From: an uncultured Alphaproteobacteria bacterium
GTDB lineage: Bacteria; Pseudomonadota; Alphaproteobacteria; Bin95
Direction of reading: 5' to 3'
Assembly (NCBI GenBank): GCA_963974445.1
Contig: CAXBDI010000004.1
Location: forward strand, 1,068 to 65,067
DNA length: 64,000 bases
Shown one piece after another: positions 28,140-38,710 of this stretch; the first letter of the stretch is position 1, and each line of letters starts with the position of its first letter. The position numbers were made by a program, and so were the translations under genes. Under the pieces are notes generated by a model. The model did no database searches. It was not told where the DNA came from and saw only the letters and a program-made list of their open reading frames with translations.

Positions 28140-28847
28140 ATGGCCGCCAAATTGACCGAAGCCGACCTCGCCGCACTGCGCGCGCTGGACACGCCGACCG
28201 TGTGCAACGCGCTGGAGGAGATCGACGCAAAGTTCCGCGACCGCGGCTTCACGACGGAGCCGCTGGTCTGCCCCTTCCCGCACCTGCCGCCGATTGTCGG
28301 CTACGCCCGCACTGCCTCGTGCCGCAGCATCAACCCCGGCGCGAAGAGCGGTGCTGCGTCAACCGAGATGCGGGTCAACTACTACGCCTATGTCAACGAC
28401 GGCGACGAGCCGAAAATCAGCGTCATCCAGGACCTCGACGGCGGCGGCCGTGGCCATGGGGCGTTCTGGGGCGAGGTGCAGTCGAACGTGCACAAGGCGC
28501 TGGGCTGCCTCGGCGTCGTCACCGACGGCTGCATCCGCGATATTCCGGATTGGGCCGACGGTTTTCAGGCGCTAGCCGGCTCGATCAAACCCAGCCATGC
28601 CCATGTGCACGCCGTCGACTTCGGCGGCCAGGTGATGATCTCCGGCATGATCGTCAACCACGGCGACCTGATCCACGCGGACCAGCACGGCGCCGTCGTC
28701 ATCCCGCTGGAGGTCGCCCGCGAAGTGCCCGCCGCCGCGGCCCGCATCGCAGTCAAGGAGAAGGTGATCCTGGACATCGCCAAGTCGCCTGACTTCTCGT
28801 TCGAGAAACTGCGCGCCGCCATCGCCGGGCCGAAAGACATCCACTGA
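28140..28847 (+). CDS. RraA-family protein (RraA / 4-hydroxy-4-methyl-2-oxoglutarate aldolase-like fold).
   Basis: 235 aa with the RraA-like core (…GEVQSNVHKALGCLGVVTDGCIRDIPDW…HADQHGAVVIP…). Confidence 0.65.
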   Translation: MAAKLTEADLAALRALDTPTVCNALEEIDAKFRDRGFTTEPLVCPFPHLPPIVGYARTASCRSINPGAKSGAASTEMRVNYYAYVNDGDEPKISVIQDLDGGGRGHGAFWGEVQSNVHKALGCLGVVTDGCIRDIPDWADGFQALAGSIKPSHAHVHAVDFGGQVMISGMIVNHGDLIHADQHGAVVIPLEVAREVPAAAARIAVKEKVILDIAKSPDFSFEKLRAAIAGPKDIH

Positions 28848-29370
28848 TGCCACGGCTACACCCCTTCGCCATTGCCGCGACCCTAGCGATGGTCGTGCTG
28901 ATCGTCGTCTCCAACATCGCGGTGGAGATACCGATCAACGATTGGCTGACTTGGGGTGCGTTAACCTATCCCGTCTGCTTTCTGGTCACCGACCTGACCA
29001 ACCGCAGATTAGGGCCGAGTACCGCCCGGCGCGTCGTCTATGTCGGGTTTGCCGCCGGCGTGGCGATGTCGCTGGTCTTCGCGAACGAGCGCATCGCCCT
29101 TGCCTCCGGCACCGCCTTCCTGCTGGCGCAACTGCTGGATATCAGCGTGTTCGACCGCCTGCGCCGCAGCGCGTGGTGGCATGCGCCGCTGGTATCCTCG
29201 TTGCTGGGGTCGGCGGTGGATACGGCGCTGTTCTTCAGCCTGGCCTTCGCCTTTACCGGCCTGCCCTGGATCACCTGGGGCATCGGCGATTTCGGCGTGA
29301 AGATCGCGGTCGCGCTGGCGATGCTCATCCCATTCCGCCTGCTGATGCCAAGTCTGCGACCGGCTCAACT

Positions 29371-29374
<4 letters not shown>
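28847..29374 (+). CDS. Queuosine-precursor transporter, YhhQ/DUF165 (VUT family).
   Basis: 175 aa polytopic membrane protein with the motif region [15 protein letters not shown] … [13 protein letters not shown]. Its start overlaps the RraA-like stop by 1 nt. Confidence 0.65.
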
Positions 29375-30536
<1,162 letters not shown>

Positions 30537-30552
<16 letters not shown>

Positions 30553-31052
30553 TCCGCGTCAATCTTGTTCAAGGCGGCGGTGACGCCGCTCAGCGAATAG
30601 GTGTCGGTCGTCAGCGTGCCACGGCTGGAGGTCCCCTTTACGACCATGGTGGCGCCGGCTTTCATGGCTTTGATCAGGCCGCTTTCGTCCTTCTGAAAGA
30701 CCCAGGCGGCATCGCCCTCCGAATAGAATTTGAACTGGCTTTTGCCGATGGTCGCCGTCGGCTCGTTACCCTTTTTGTACGTATAGCCGGCGATGACGCT
30801 GACCTCGTCGAACACATTGCCTTGCGGGCGGTGGGTGATCAGGAAATAGGCGGGGTCGCGGTTGGTGTAGTTGCCCTTTTCCTTCTTCGGCTCCGAGACG
30901 ACATAGCAGATCTTGCCGCCCGGATCGTCGAATGTGTATGCCCGCCAGTCCTTAAACGTGCCGACCTGAACCGGGTCCGCCGCGATTGCGGCAGCCGGAA
31001 GTAATGTCCCCATGGCCACGACAGCAATAAATTTCAGCGATTTCAGCTTCAT
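30537..31052 (-). CDS. Invasion-associated locus B (IalB) family periplasmic protein.
   Basis: 171 aa from MKLKSLKF… with a signal peptide and the IalB-like motif region (…[26 protein letters not shown]…). The track ORF's longer N-terminus is spurious. Confidence 0.7.
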
Positions 31053-31236
31053 GTGCTTCCCTCTGTTCCACCACTCTTTTGACCGAAATACACTCGAGAG
31101 GCAGATTTGCTCGCGGACCATAGTGAAGTTACATTGGCGGGCCAAGGGCCCATGCCTGAGACGCCATCGCGCAGCGGTCTGCCGGACCTCGGCCCTGTAT
31201 GCTGTGCTTGCCGTAGCGAAACCGGAGATACCAAGA

Positions 31237-32268
31237 ATGCGCGCCGTTTGGGTGGAAGATTGGAAACCGTTCGAGCAATTGCAACTGGAGCAGGTGCCGA
31301 ATCCTGTGATCGGCCCGCGCCAAGTCCGGGTTAGGACACAGGCAGCCGGTGTCAGTTTCGCGACCAGCCTGGTGGTCGAAGGCAAATATCAGCGCAAACC
31401 GCCCCGCCCCTTCGCCCCCGGTACGGAGGTTGCGGGCATCGTAACAGAGATCGGGTCCGAGGTGACCCGGTTCAAGCCTGGCGATCGGGTCTGCTCGGTC
31501 CTGGATTGGGGTGGCTTGGCTGACGAAGCCGCAGCGTTCGAGGTCAACACCTACAAAATCCCAGACGGCATGCCGTTCCCCGAAGCGATCTGCCTCACCA
31601 ATTCCTATGGCACGAGTGCGGCGGCCTTCACCTGGCCTCACTTGCTCCAGGTGAAGCGGGGAGATTGGGTGCTGGTGCATGGTGCTGCGGGTGGCGTTGG
31701 TATTGCGGCGGTAGAGATCGGCAAGATTCTCGGCGCGACCATCATCGCCACTGCAAGCTCCGACGAAAAGCTGGAGCTAGTGAAGGCGCATGGCGCGGAT
31801 CACACCATCAATTATCGCCATGAAAATTTCCGGGACCGCGTGCTGGAAATCACTAATGGCCGTGGCGTCGATGCCGTCTATGACCCCGTCGGCGGCGACG
31901 TGTTCATGCAGTCTCTACGCTGCATGGCACCGGAAGGCCGGATCATGCCGGTCGGCTTTGCCAGCGGCACGATCCAGCAAATTCCGGCCAATATCCTGTT
32001 GGTGAAGAACCTGACGGTCTGCGGACTCAATGCAGGCTACTATGTCGGTTGGTCGCCAAACGATGTCCGCTACGAATACGAAGACCGGATGCGGGCGTTA
32101 ATGACCTTGATTTTTGATTGGTTTGAGGCTGGCCAGATCAACCCCGTCTCCGGCGGTGTCCTCCCACTGGAACGCTTCCAGGATGCCATGGCAGAAGTGT
32201 TGGGCCGACGGGCGCAAGGCCGTATTTCCATCGTGATGAACGAAGAAGCGCAGAAGCACGGCTTTTGA
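31237..32268 (+). CDS. NADPH:quinone oxidoreductase / zinc-free MDR-family dehydrogenase.
   Basis: MDR fold with a GAAGGVG cofactor motif. The start is at MRAVWVED. The track ORF begins at 31012. Confidence 0.75.
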   Translation: MRAVWVEDWKPFEQLQLEQVPNPVIGPRQVRVRTQAAGVSFATSLVVEGKYQRKPPRPFAPGTEVAGIVTEIGSEVTRFKPGDRVCSVLDWGGLADEAAAFEVNTYKIPDGMPFPEAICLTNSYGTSAAAFTWPHLLQVKRGDWVLVHGAAGGVGIAAVEIGKILGATIIATASSDEKLELVKAHGADHTINYRHENFRDRVLEITNGRGVDAVYDPVGGDVFMQSLRCMAPEGRIMPVGFASGTIQQIPANILLVKNLTVCGLNAGYYVGWSPNDVRYEYEDRMRALMTLIFDWFEAGQINPVSGGVLPLERFQDAMAEVLGRRAQGRISIVMNEEAQKHGF

Positions 32269-32278
32269 AGGACTTCCC

Positions 32279-32788
32279 ATGTCCGCTGTCACTGCCACCA
32301 TCTCCTTCGGCAGTAATCTGGGCGACCGGCATGCGACGCTTGCCGGCGCCTACGCCGCGTTCTGCGCCGCGCCTGAGATCGAACCGCTCGCCGCCTCGCG
32401 CCTGTACGAGACCGCGCCGGTCGGCGGGCCTGGCGGACAGGGGCGCTTTCTGAATAGTGTGCTGAAGGTCGCAACGTCCCTCGACCCGCATGCTTTGTTG
32501 GCTCATTGCATGGCGGTGGAGCAGCAGTTCCAGCGTGAGCGCAACATCCGTTGGGATGCGCGCACGCTCGATCTCGACGTGTTGCTGTATGGTGAGCGTA
32601 TCATCACGACCGCTGATCTGGAGGTACCGCACCCGCGGATGCACTTGCGCCGGTTCGTGCTGGTTCCCTTGACCGATATTGCCGCCGACGTGACGCACCC
32701 GGCCTTGGGCGAATCCATCGCAGACTTGCTGGCAAAGCTGCCGGTGGAGCCCGGCGACGTCTATCCGATCGCCGACACCTGGACGTGA
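32279..32788 (+). CDS. folK: 2-amino-4-hydroxy-6-hydroxymethyldihydropteridine diphosphokinase (HPPK).
   Basis: 169 aa. HPPK motifs: …ISFGSNLGDR…, …YETAPVGGP…, …RWDARTLDLDVLLYG…. Confidence 0.85.
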   Translation: MSAVTATISFGSNLGDRHATLAGAYAAFCAAPEIEPLAASRLYETAPVGGPGGQGRFLNSVLKVATSLDPHALLAHCMAVEQQFQRERNIRWDARTLDLDVLLYGERIITTADLEVPHPRMHLRRFVLVPLTDIAADVTHPALGESIADLLAKLPVEPGDVYPIADTWT

Positions 32789-32795
32789 TAATACC

Positions 32796-33689
32796 ATGAT
32801 CAACGCCGACCAGATATTCGCCCGCTGGCAGAAACACAGTGACGCCCTCGCCGCCCCCGTGCGCACCGTAGCCCTGCCGAATCTCGGCCTGACATTCAAA
32901 GACCGCGCCTACCAGATGGGTGTCGTGAATTTCAGCCGCGACAGCTCCTATCGCGAAAGCGTCGTGTTCAGCCAGGAACAGGCGGACTATCGCTGCGATA
33001 AGCTGGTGCTGGAAGGCGCTACCATCCTCGACCTTGGCGCGGAATCGGTTGGCGATTTCGCATCCCGCGTCGATGCCAAGCGCCAGATCAAGACGCTGCT
33101 ACCGACCATCCGCCGCCTCGCCGAAAAGGGCGTGCCCGCCTCCGTCGAGACCTACTATCCAGAGGTGGCGGAGGCGGCGCTGGAAGCCGGCGCGGCGATC
33201 ATCAACCTGACCGGACGCGATGAAGACGGCGAGATTTACAAGCTCTGCGCTAAGCACAAGGCTGGCCTGATCCTCTGCTACATGGCTGGGCGCAATGTCC
33301 GCGATAACAAGGCCTTGCCCAGCCGTGAGGCGCTGATCGATGCGCAGTTCGACTTCTTCCACGAACAGTTGGACAAAGCCACCGCCCTGGGCGTCGAGAC
33401 CATCTGGGTCGATCCGGGCCTGGGCTTCTACAACAACCTGCCGGACGGGCCGGGGCGGGTGGCGTTTCAGATCGAGAACGCGCTGGAGGCGTTCCGCTTC
33501 CGCACCCTTGGCTGGCCGATCTGCCTGACGCTGGCCTCGCCGGTCTACTGGTTCCGGGAGGAGGTGCGGGTCGCCGAAACCGCCTATGCCATGCTGTGCA
33601 TGTTGTCGAAAGCCAACCTGATCCGCAGCCACGAGGTCGCGCGTGTGACGCCAATTCTGGCGGCGCAGGACCTGGTGCCGGCCTGGTGA
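32796..33689 (+). CDS. Dihydropteroate synthase-family (pterin-binding TIM barrel) protein, divergent.
   Basis: 297 aa. It shows the DHPS-like pattern (…ATILDLGAESVG… ≈ DIGGESTRP; …AAIINLTG…; …GLILCYMAG…; …WVDPGLGF…). Several canonical FolP residues are substituted: N-terminal GVVNFSRDSSYRES instead of GILNVTPDSFSDGG, and G→A, T→V and RP→GD in the pterin loop. Confidence 0.6.
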   Translation: MINADQIFARWQKHSDALAAPVRTVALPNLGLTFKDRAYQMGVVNFSRDSSYRESVVFSQEQADYRCDKLVLEGATILDLGAESVGDFASRVDAKRQIKTLLPTIRRLAEKGVPASVETYYPEVAEAALEAGAAIINLTGRDEDGEIYKLCAKHKAGLILCYMAGRNVRDNKALPSREALIDAQFDFFHEQLDKATALGVETIWVDPGLGFYNNLPDGPGRVAFQIENALEAFRFRTLGWPICLTLASPVYWFREEVRVAETAYAMLCMLSKANLIRSHEVARVTPILAAQDLVPAW

Positions 33690-33699
33690 GCCTGCAGCC

Positions 33700-34944
33700 G
33701 TGACCGAGCGCGACCGGCTCGTCGCCGGCCAGTACGAGGCCTATCCCTATCCCGACCGCAAGCCGGCGGACGAGCGCAAGCGCCTGATCGAGGGCTCGCC
33801 CTCCGCCCTGCCGGAGCTAACGCACTATCTGTTCCACGGCGAAACGCCCAACCCCTTCCGCGCCCTGATCGCCGGCGGCGGCACCGGCGACGCCGCGATC
33901 ATGTTGGCCCAGCATTGCGCGAGCGCGGGGCTGGATGCGGAGATCGTCTACCTCGATATGTCCGCCGCCGCCCGGGCTGTGACCGAGGCCAGAGCCAAGG
34001 TGCGCGGGCTCACCAATCTGCGTTACGTCACCGGCTCATTGTTGGAGGTGGGTACGCTGGCGCCCGGACCCTACGACTACATCGATTGCTGCGGCGTGCT
34101 GCACCATCTGGAGCAACCGGGGGACGGCCTGAAGGCGCTGGCCGGGCAGTTGAAGCCCGCCGGCGGCATGGGGCTGATGGTGTATGGCGCGCTTGGCCGC
34201 CGCGGCGTCTATGAGACGCAGGCGCTGCTGCGCCATCTCGCCCCGCCGGACCGGCCCGACCGGGAGCGGCTGACCCAAACCCGCCGCCTGTTGGAGGCGC
34301 TGCCCCGCACCAACTGGTTGCGCCGCAACCCCTTCGTCCAGGATCACCGCGAGGCGGGAGACGCCGGCCTCTACGACCTGCTGCTGCACGCCCGCGACCG
34401 GGCCTATACGGTTGAAGAGTTGGCCGAATTCGTGGGCGCGGCGGAGTTAAACATCGCCGCATTCATCGAACCGGCCCGTTACGATCCCGCGACGTACCTG
34501 CGCGATCCGCGTTTGTTGGCACCGTTGCAAGTACTTGATCCAATTGCCCGAGCCGCCGCGGCGGAGGCTTTGTGCGGCAACCTCCGCAAGCACATAGTGT
34601 ACCTGACCCCGGCGGGCGGGCGCCAGGGCCGCACGGCCGATCCGGCAGACCGTTCCCTGGTGCCGGTACTGCCGCGCCACGCGCCGGAGGTTTTGGCCAA
34701 AGCGCTGCGCAGTGGCAGCCTGAGCGTCGATCTTGAGGGCTTTCCGGCCAAGTTCCCCGCTCCCCCTCGCGCCGCCGCCATCGTGCAGCGGATGGATGGA
34801 AGGCGCTCTATCACCGCTATTCTCGGCGAATTGCGCGCCGCCGATCTGGCTCTTAGTGAGGATGCGGCGACGGAGGCGTTCAATGCGGTCTACCGGCTGT
34901 TGAACGGGCTGAACCTGCTGTTGTTGCGACGATCCCGCGCTTAG
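33700..34944 (+). CDS. Class I SAM-dependent methyltransferase (414 aa) with a C-terminal extension.
   Basis: GTG start 11 bp after the DHPS-like stop. Motif I LIAGGGTGD and the post-I acidic residue (…VYLDMS…). The C-terminal ~200 aa has no assignable function. Confidence 0.65.
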   Translation: MTERDRLVAGQYEAYPYPDRKPADERKRLIEGSPSALPELTHYLFHGETPNPFRALIAGGGTGDAAIMLAQHCASAGLDAEIVYLDMSAAARAVTEARAKVRGLTNLRYVTGSLLEVGTLAPGPYDYIDCCGVLHHLEQPGDGLKALAGQLKPAGGMGLMVYGALGRRGVYETQALLRHLAPPDRPDRERLTQTRRLLEALPRTNWLRRNPFVQDHREAGDAGLYDLLLHARDRAYTVEELAEFVGAAELNIAAFIEPARYDPATYLRDPRLLAPLQVLDPIARAAAAEALCGNLRKHIVYLTPAGGRQGRTADPADRSLVPVLPRHAPEVLAKALRSGSLSVDLEGFPAKFPAPPRAAAIVQRMDGRRSITAILGELRAADLALSEDAATEAFNAVYRLLNGLNLLLLRRSRA

Positions 34945-35470
34945 TGCGAGAGGCCTAAGCTTCGTCCATTCCTTCTCCCGTGCTCGACACGGGATCCATG
35001 CCTGAGGCTTGCCAGACAGGCTCCCGGCCTATGATCGCCTCTCAGGCATGGACCCCGGGGCAAGGGGAATGAGGGTAAAGAGGCCAGCGACCGGCAATGA
35101 AGCCGCGGTCTTAGTGCGAGAGGCTTAAGCTTCCTCCATTCCTTTTCCCGTGCTCGACACGGGATCCACGCCTGAGGCTTGCCAGACAGGCTCCCGGCGT
35201 GCCGTAGTCTCTCAGGCATGGACCCCGGGGCAAGCCCGGGGCAAGGGGAATGAGGGTAAAGAGGCCAGCGACCGGCGATGAAGCCGCGGTCTTAGTGCGA
35301 GAGGCCTGAGCCCCAGTCTATTCTTTTCCCGTGCTCGATACGGGATCCATGCCGGAGGCTTGCCAGACAGACTCCCGGCCTGTGATCGCCTCTCAGGCAT
35401 GGACCCCGGGTCAAGCCCGGGGCAAGGGGGAAGAGGGTAAAGAGGCTAGCAGCCGGCGATGATGCGTGAC
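34941..35470. repeat. Tandem array of three ~170-180-bp palindromic (hairpin-forming) repeat units. Unit starts are 34941, 35111 and 35292.
   Basis: Each unit starts ttagtgcgagaggc… and contains an inner palindrome cccgtgctcga(c/t)acggg plus long imperfect inverted arms (ggatccatgcctgaggcttgccagacag… / …cctctcaggcatggaccccggggcaaggggaatgagggtaaagagg). Copies are about 90% identical. The small ORFs called here are artefacts. Confidence 0.85.
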
Positions 35471-35531
35471 GCGCCGCAATCGGCCCATTAGGGTCAACCG
35501 ACCTAACTGATGCATCCGGAGTTCCGCTCAC

Positions 35532-36689
35532 GTGACCCTCGCCGCCGCTGCCGGTTTCGACCCCGGCCCGAATGCCCGCCTTGTTGGCCAGCCCAGCTCT
35601 CGCAACGAGTTGGATACACCGGCATTGCTGATCGATCTGGACGCCATGGAGGCGAATATCCAGGCGATGGCCGACCATTGCGCCACTACCGGCCAGCGGC
35701 TGCGCCCGCACACCAAGACGCACAAATCGGTGGAGATCGCCCGCCGCCAGGTCGCCGCCGGCGCGGTCGGCGTCTGCTGCGCGACACTGGGCGAGGCGGA
35801 AGTCATGGGCCGGGCCGGCATCCCCGGCGTGCACATTACTTCCCCTGTGGTCAGGCCGCACCGCATCGAGCGGTTGATCGCCCTGAATGCGGATGCCGAG
35901 AGCCTGTCGGTCGTCGCCGATCACCCGGATAACCTCACGGCCCTAGCGGAGGCCGCGGCTGCCGCCGGTCAGACGCTCAACATCATGGTCGATATCGATG
36001 TCGGCTCACGCCGCACCGGCGTCCCCTCCGCCCAGCAGGCGACGGCGTTGGCAGAGCAGGTGCAGAAGGCCTCCCACCTGACGCTTGCCGGCATCCAGGG
36101 CTATGCGGGCGGCCTGCAGCACATCTACGATTGGGACGAACGCGTCCGGCGCGGGCAGGAAGTTGCCGACTTTCTAAAGGAGGTGCGCCGGCAACTGGGC
36201 GAAGCCGGCATCGAACCGCCGGTGTTCTCCGGTGGCGGCACGGGCACGCACGCCATCGACCACAGCCAGGGCGTGCTGAACGAGTTGCAGGCGGGCTCCT
36301 ACGTCTTCCTCGACGTCGACTACCAACGCGTCGCCCATGCCGGCGAGGCCGCCAAGCGGTTCCGTGAGGCGCTGTTCGTGCAGGCGAGCGTCGTCAGCGC
36401 CGCGCAGGAGGACTGCGTCACCACCGATGCCGGCCTGAAGGCGTTCGCCACCGATTGCGGCGTCCCGGAGCTGCGCCGCGGTGCGCCGGAAGGTGCGTTC
36501 TATGGCTTTGCCGGCGACGAGCATGGCCGCATCACGTTTGCCGGCAGCGAACGGCTGCCGCTCGGCGCGGTGGTCGAATGCCTGTCGCCGCACTGCGACC
36601 CGACCGTCAACCTCTACAGCGTCTATCACGTCGTCCGAGGCGACACGCTGGTGGATATCTGGCCGGTCGATACCCGTGGTCTGCGGTAG
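35532..36689 (+). CDS. DSD1-family PLP enzyme (D-serine dehydratase-like / D-threonine aldolase-like, alanine-racemase N-terminal fold).
   Basis: 385 aa. PLP-Lys context …RLRPHTKTHKSVEIA…, followed by the …SGGGTGTH… and …FLDVDYQRV… regions typical of DSD1/DTA proteins. Confidence 0.7.
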   Translation: MTLAAAAGFDPGPNARLVGQPSSRNELDTPALLIDLDAMEANIQAMADHCATTGQRLRPHTKTHKSVEIARRQVAAGAVGVCCATLGEAEVMGRAGIPGVHITSPVVRPHRIERLIALNADAESLSVVADHPDNLTALAEAAAAAGQTLNIMVDIDVGSRRTGVPSAQQATALAEQVQKASHLTLAGIQGYAGGLQHIYDWDERVRRGQEVADFLKEVRRQLGEAGIEPPVFSGGGTGTHAIDHSQGVLNELQAGSYVFLDVDYQRVAHAGEAAKRFREALFVQASVVSAAQEDCVTTDAGLKAFATDCGVPELRRGAPEGAFYGFAGDEHGRITFAGSERLPLGAVVECLSPHCDPTVNLYSVYHVVRGDTLVDIWPVDTRGLR

Positions 36690-36705
36690 AGCCTGCGCGC
36701 GTCGG

Positions 36706-37719
36706 CTAGTTGCCGCGCAACTGCCGAACGCCATCGAGCACCGCCTGCATTTCCGGGCGGTCGGCCGAAGCGCCGTTTTGCAGCCGCGCCGTCGCCAGTT
36801 GCTCGGCTTTTTCCAGTGCTGATGCGGCGTCTTCGCTGCGACCCAATACGCCGTAAGCGCGGCCGAGGCGCAGCCAGCCGGCGGGGTCGTCCGGCTCCTC
36901 CGCCAGGCGGTTGGCGAGGCGTTCCACCATGCTCTGGATGAAGGCGGCGCGGTCTTGGCCGGACATCTCGCGCGCCGCGGCGACATCGGCGGCGGAAGGG
37001 CCACGCTCCGGCCTGGCGATATCGGCGACGCGCGGCGGTGGCCCGTCGCCAGATTGCGCCAGCAACCGCTCGACCTCCGCCAATTGCTGCGAGACCGGTT
37101 CGCGCCACCCGGCATCCGCCGGCGCATCGGCCAGCAGAGCGCGCCAGCGTTGCACGGCATCGGCATAGTCGCCCCTCTGTGCCGCCGCCAGCGCCACGAA
37201 ATGGCGGGACTTGGCCAAACTCGGATCCAGCGCCAACGAGCGTTCCGCCGCATCCAACGCCTGCGCATCGACCAGGCCTCGACCCGCGGCGATCCGCAGG
37301 TCGGCCAGTTCCGCCCAGTCTATTGCTGTCGCACTGTCGCCTTTCAGCGCCAGCACCCTGGACCAGGCGCTGCTGGCGGCGGGCCATTGGTTCAGCACGC
37401 GGTAGGAGCGGGCGAGTATGGTCCAGCCTTTCAGATCGTCCGGCCTATCGCGCAGGCGCTCCGCCAGACTGGCCACCATTTTGGCGAAATCCACCTGTTC
37501 CGGGCCAAGTGCGATCGCTGGCGCGTCGAGCTTGCGGGCGGCGAGCGGCTGGTCCGGCACGCTCGGCGAGCCGAGGACTGCATAGAGGCCCAAGGCCAGC
37601 ATCGGCACGCCGAAACCGCCGAGCAGCGCCGGACCCATGCCGGCCTTGCGCAGTGCATAGGCGATCCACCCGGCGACGCCGAGCGCAATTATCGCCAAAC
37701 CGATCCCGGCAAGTGTCAT
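36706..37719 (-). CDS. ccmI: Cytochrome c-type biogenesis protein CcmI (CycH), TM plus TPR.
   Basis: N-terminal TM hairpin, then TPR-like repeats. The start ATG overlaps the ccmH stop (ATGA). Confidence 0.75.
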   Translation of the reverse strand: MTLAGIGLAIIALGVAGWIAYALRKAGMGPALLGGFGVPMLALGLYAVLGSPSVPDQPLAARKLDAPAIALGPEQVDFAKMVASLAERLRDRPDDLKGWTILARSYRVLNQWPAASSAWSRVLALKGDSATAIDWAELADLRIAAGRGLVDAQALDAAERSLALDPSLAKSRHFVALAAAQRGDYADAVQRWRALLADAPADAGWREPVSQQLAEVERLLAQSGDGPPPRVADIARPERGPSAADVAAAREMSGQDRAAFIQSMVERLANRLAEEPDDPAGWLRLGRAYGVLGRSEDAASALEKAEQLATARLQNGASADRPEMQAVLDGVRQLRGN

Positions 37720-38171
37720 CGTCGGGCAGGCTCCCAATCGTCATCGCTATCCGGCGGGTCGTCCGGTGCCGCGGCCATCTGCGTGCGATTGCGCCGGACG
37801 ACCCGCCAGACGACCACCCCGCCCAACAGGATCACTGCCAACGGTCCGAACCATAAGATCCAAGTGGTCGGCTTCATCGGCGGTTTCAGCAGGACGAAGT
37901 CGCCATAGCGGGCGGTCAAATAGGATTTGATCTCTGCATCGCTGTCGCCTGCCACCAGCCGTTCGCGCACGATCCGGCGCAGGTCGCGGGCGATATCGGC
38001 CTCCGAATCGTCCAGCGACTGGTTCTGGCACTTGGGGCAGCGTAACTCTTTGCTCAACGCTCGCGCGCGTTGCTCCAATACCGGATCGCTCAACATCTCC
38101 GACGGCGCGATGGCCTGTGCCGTGCCAAGCGCCAGCATCATCGCGAGCAAGCTCAACAGAATCAGCCTCAC
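37716..38171 (-). CDS. ccmH: Cytochrome c-type biogenesis protein CcmH (CycL).
   Basis: GTG start with a signal peptide (MRLILLSLLAMMLALGTAQA) and the motif LRCPKCQNQSLDDSEADIARDLR. GTGA overlap with the ccmG stop. The upstream part of the track ORF (to 38825) is an artefact. Confidence 0.8.
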   Translation of the reverse strand: MRLILLSLLAMMLALGTAQAIAPSEMLSDPVLEQRARALSKELRCPKCQNQSLDDSEADIARDLRRIVRERLVAGDSDAEIKSYLTARYGDFVLLKPPMKPTTWILWFGPLAVILLGGVVVWRVVRRNRTQMAAAPDDPPDSDDDWEPARR

Positions 38172-38707
38172 TTCAGCGCCTCCACCAGTGGCAGGATAAC
38201 CTTTTGCGCCGTCTCCGGGCTGATCGGGCCGGCATGGCGCAGTTGTATCCGCCCCTCCCCATCGATCACGAAGGTCTCGGGAATGCCATAGACGCCAAAA
38301 TCGATCGCTACCCGGCCGTCCGGGTCGGCGCCGATCCGTTGGTAGTGATCGCCCAGCCGCTGCAGGAATGCCCTCGCCCGGTCCGGCGTATCCTTGTAGT
38401 TGATCGCGTGGATAGTGACGCCATTGCGGCTCGCCATGTCGTTCAGGATCGGGTGCTCGACCTGGCAAGCGCCGCACCAGGAGGCGAAGAAATTGACAAG
38501 CACCGGTTCGCCTGTCGCCAGATGGCGTGTCGCCAAGGGCTCCTCCGGCTGGCGGCCCGGCAGCGGCGGCAGATCGAACTGCGGCGCTGGTTTGTCCAGC
38601 AAGGCAGATGGCAGCACGCTGGGGTCGCGGCCAAGGCCGTTCCACAGATAGACCGCCAGTCCCGCGAACACGATGAGCGGCAGCAGATAGGGCAAACGCT
38701 TCATCAT
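38168..38707 (-). CDS. ccmG: Thiol:disulfide interchange protein CcmG/DsbE.
   Basis: Thioredoxin fold with WCGAC (…FFASWCGACQVEHP…) and an N-terminal membrane anchor. Confidence 0.85.
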   Translation of the reverse strand: MMKRLPYLLPLIVFAGLAVYLWNGLGRDPSVLPSALLDKPAPQFDLPPLPGRQPEEPLATRHLATGEPVLVNFFASWCGACQVEHPILNDMASRNGVTIHAINYKDTPDRARAFLQRLGDHYQRIGADPDGRVAIDFGVYGIPETFVIDGEGRIQLRHAGPISPETAQKVILPLVEALK

Positions 38708-38710
38708 CGG

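Noticed and set aside
34941-35400. Small ORFs (92 aa and 62 aa, minus strand; 99 aa, plus strand) within the repeat array.
   Set aside because: The reading frames are generated by the repeated sequence itself. The products are Pro/Arg/Leu-rich and repeat between units, and no RBS is evident.
34941-35470. Tandem repeats considered as a CRISPR array.
   Set aside because: The units are 170-180 bp and near-identical across their whole length. There are no short unique spacers or 28-37-bp repeats, and no cas genes nearby. They are palindromic REP/MITE-like units instead.
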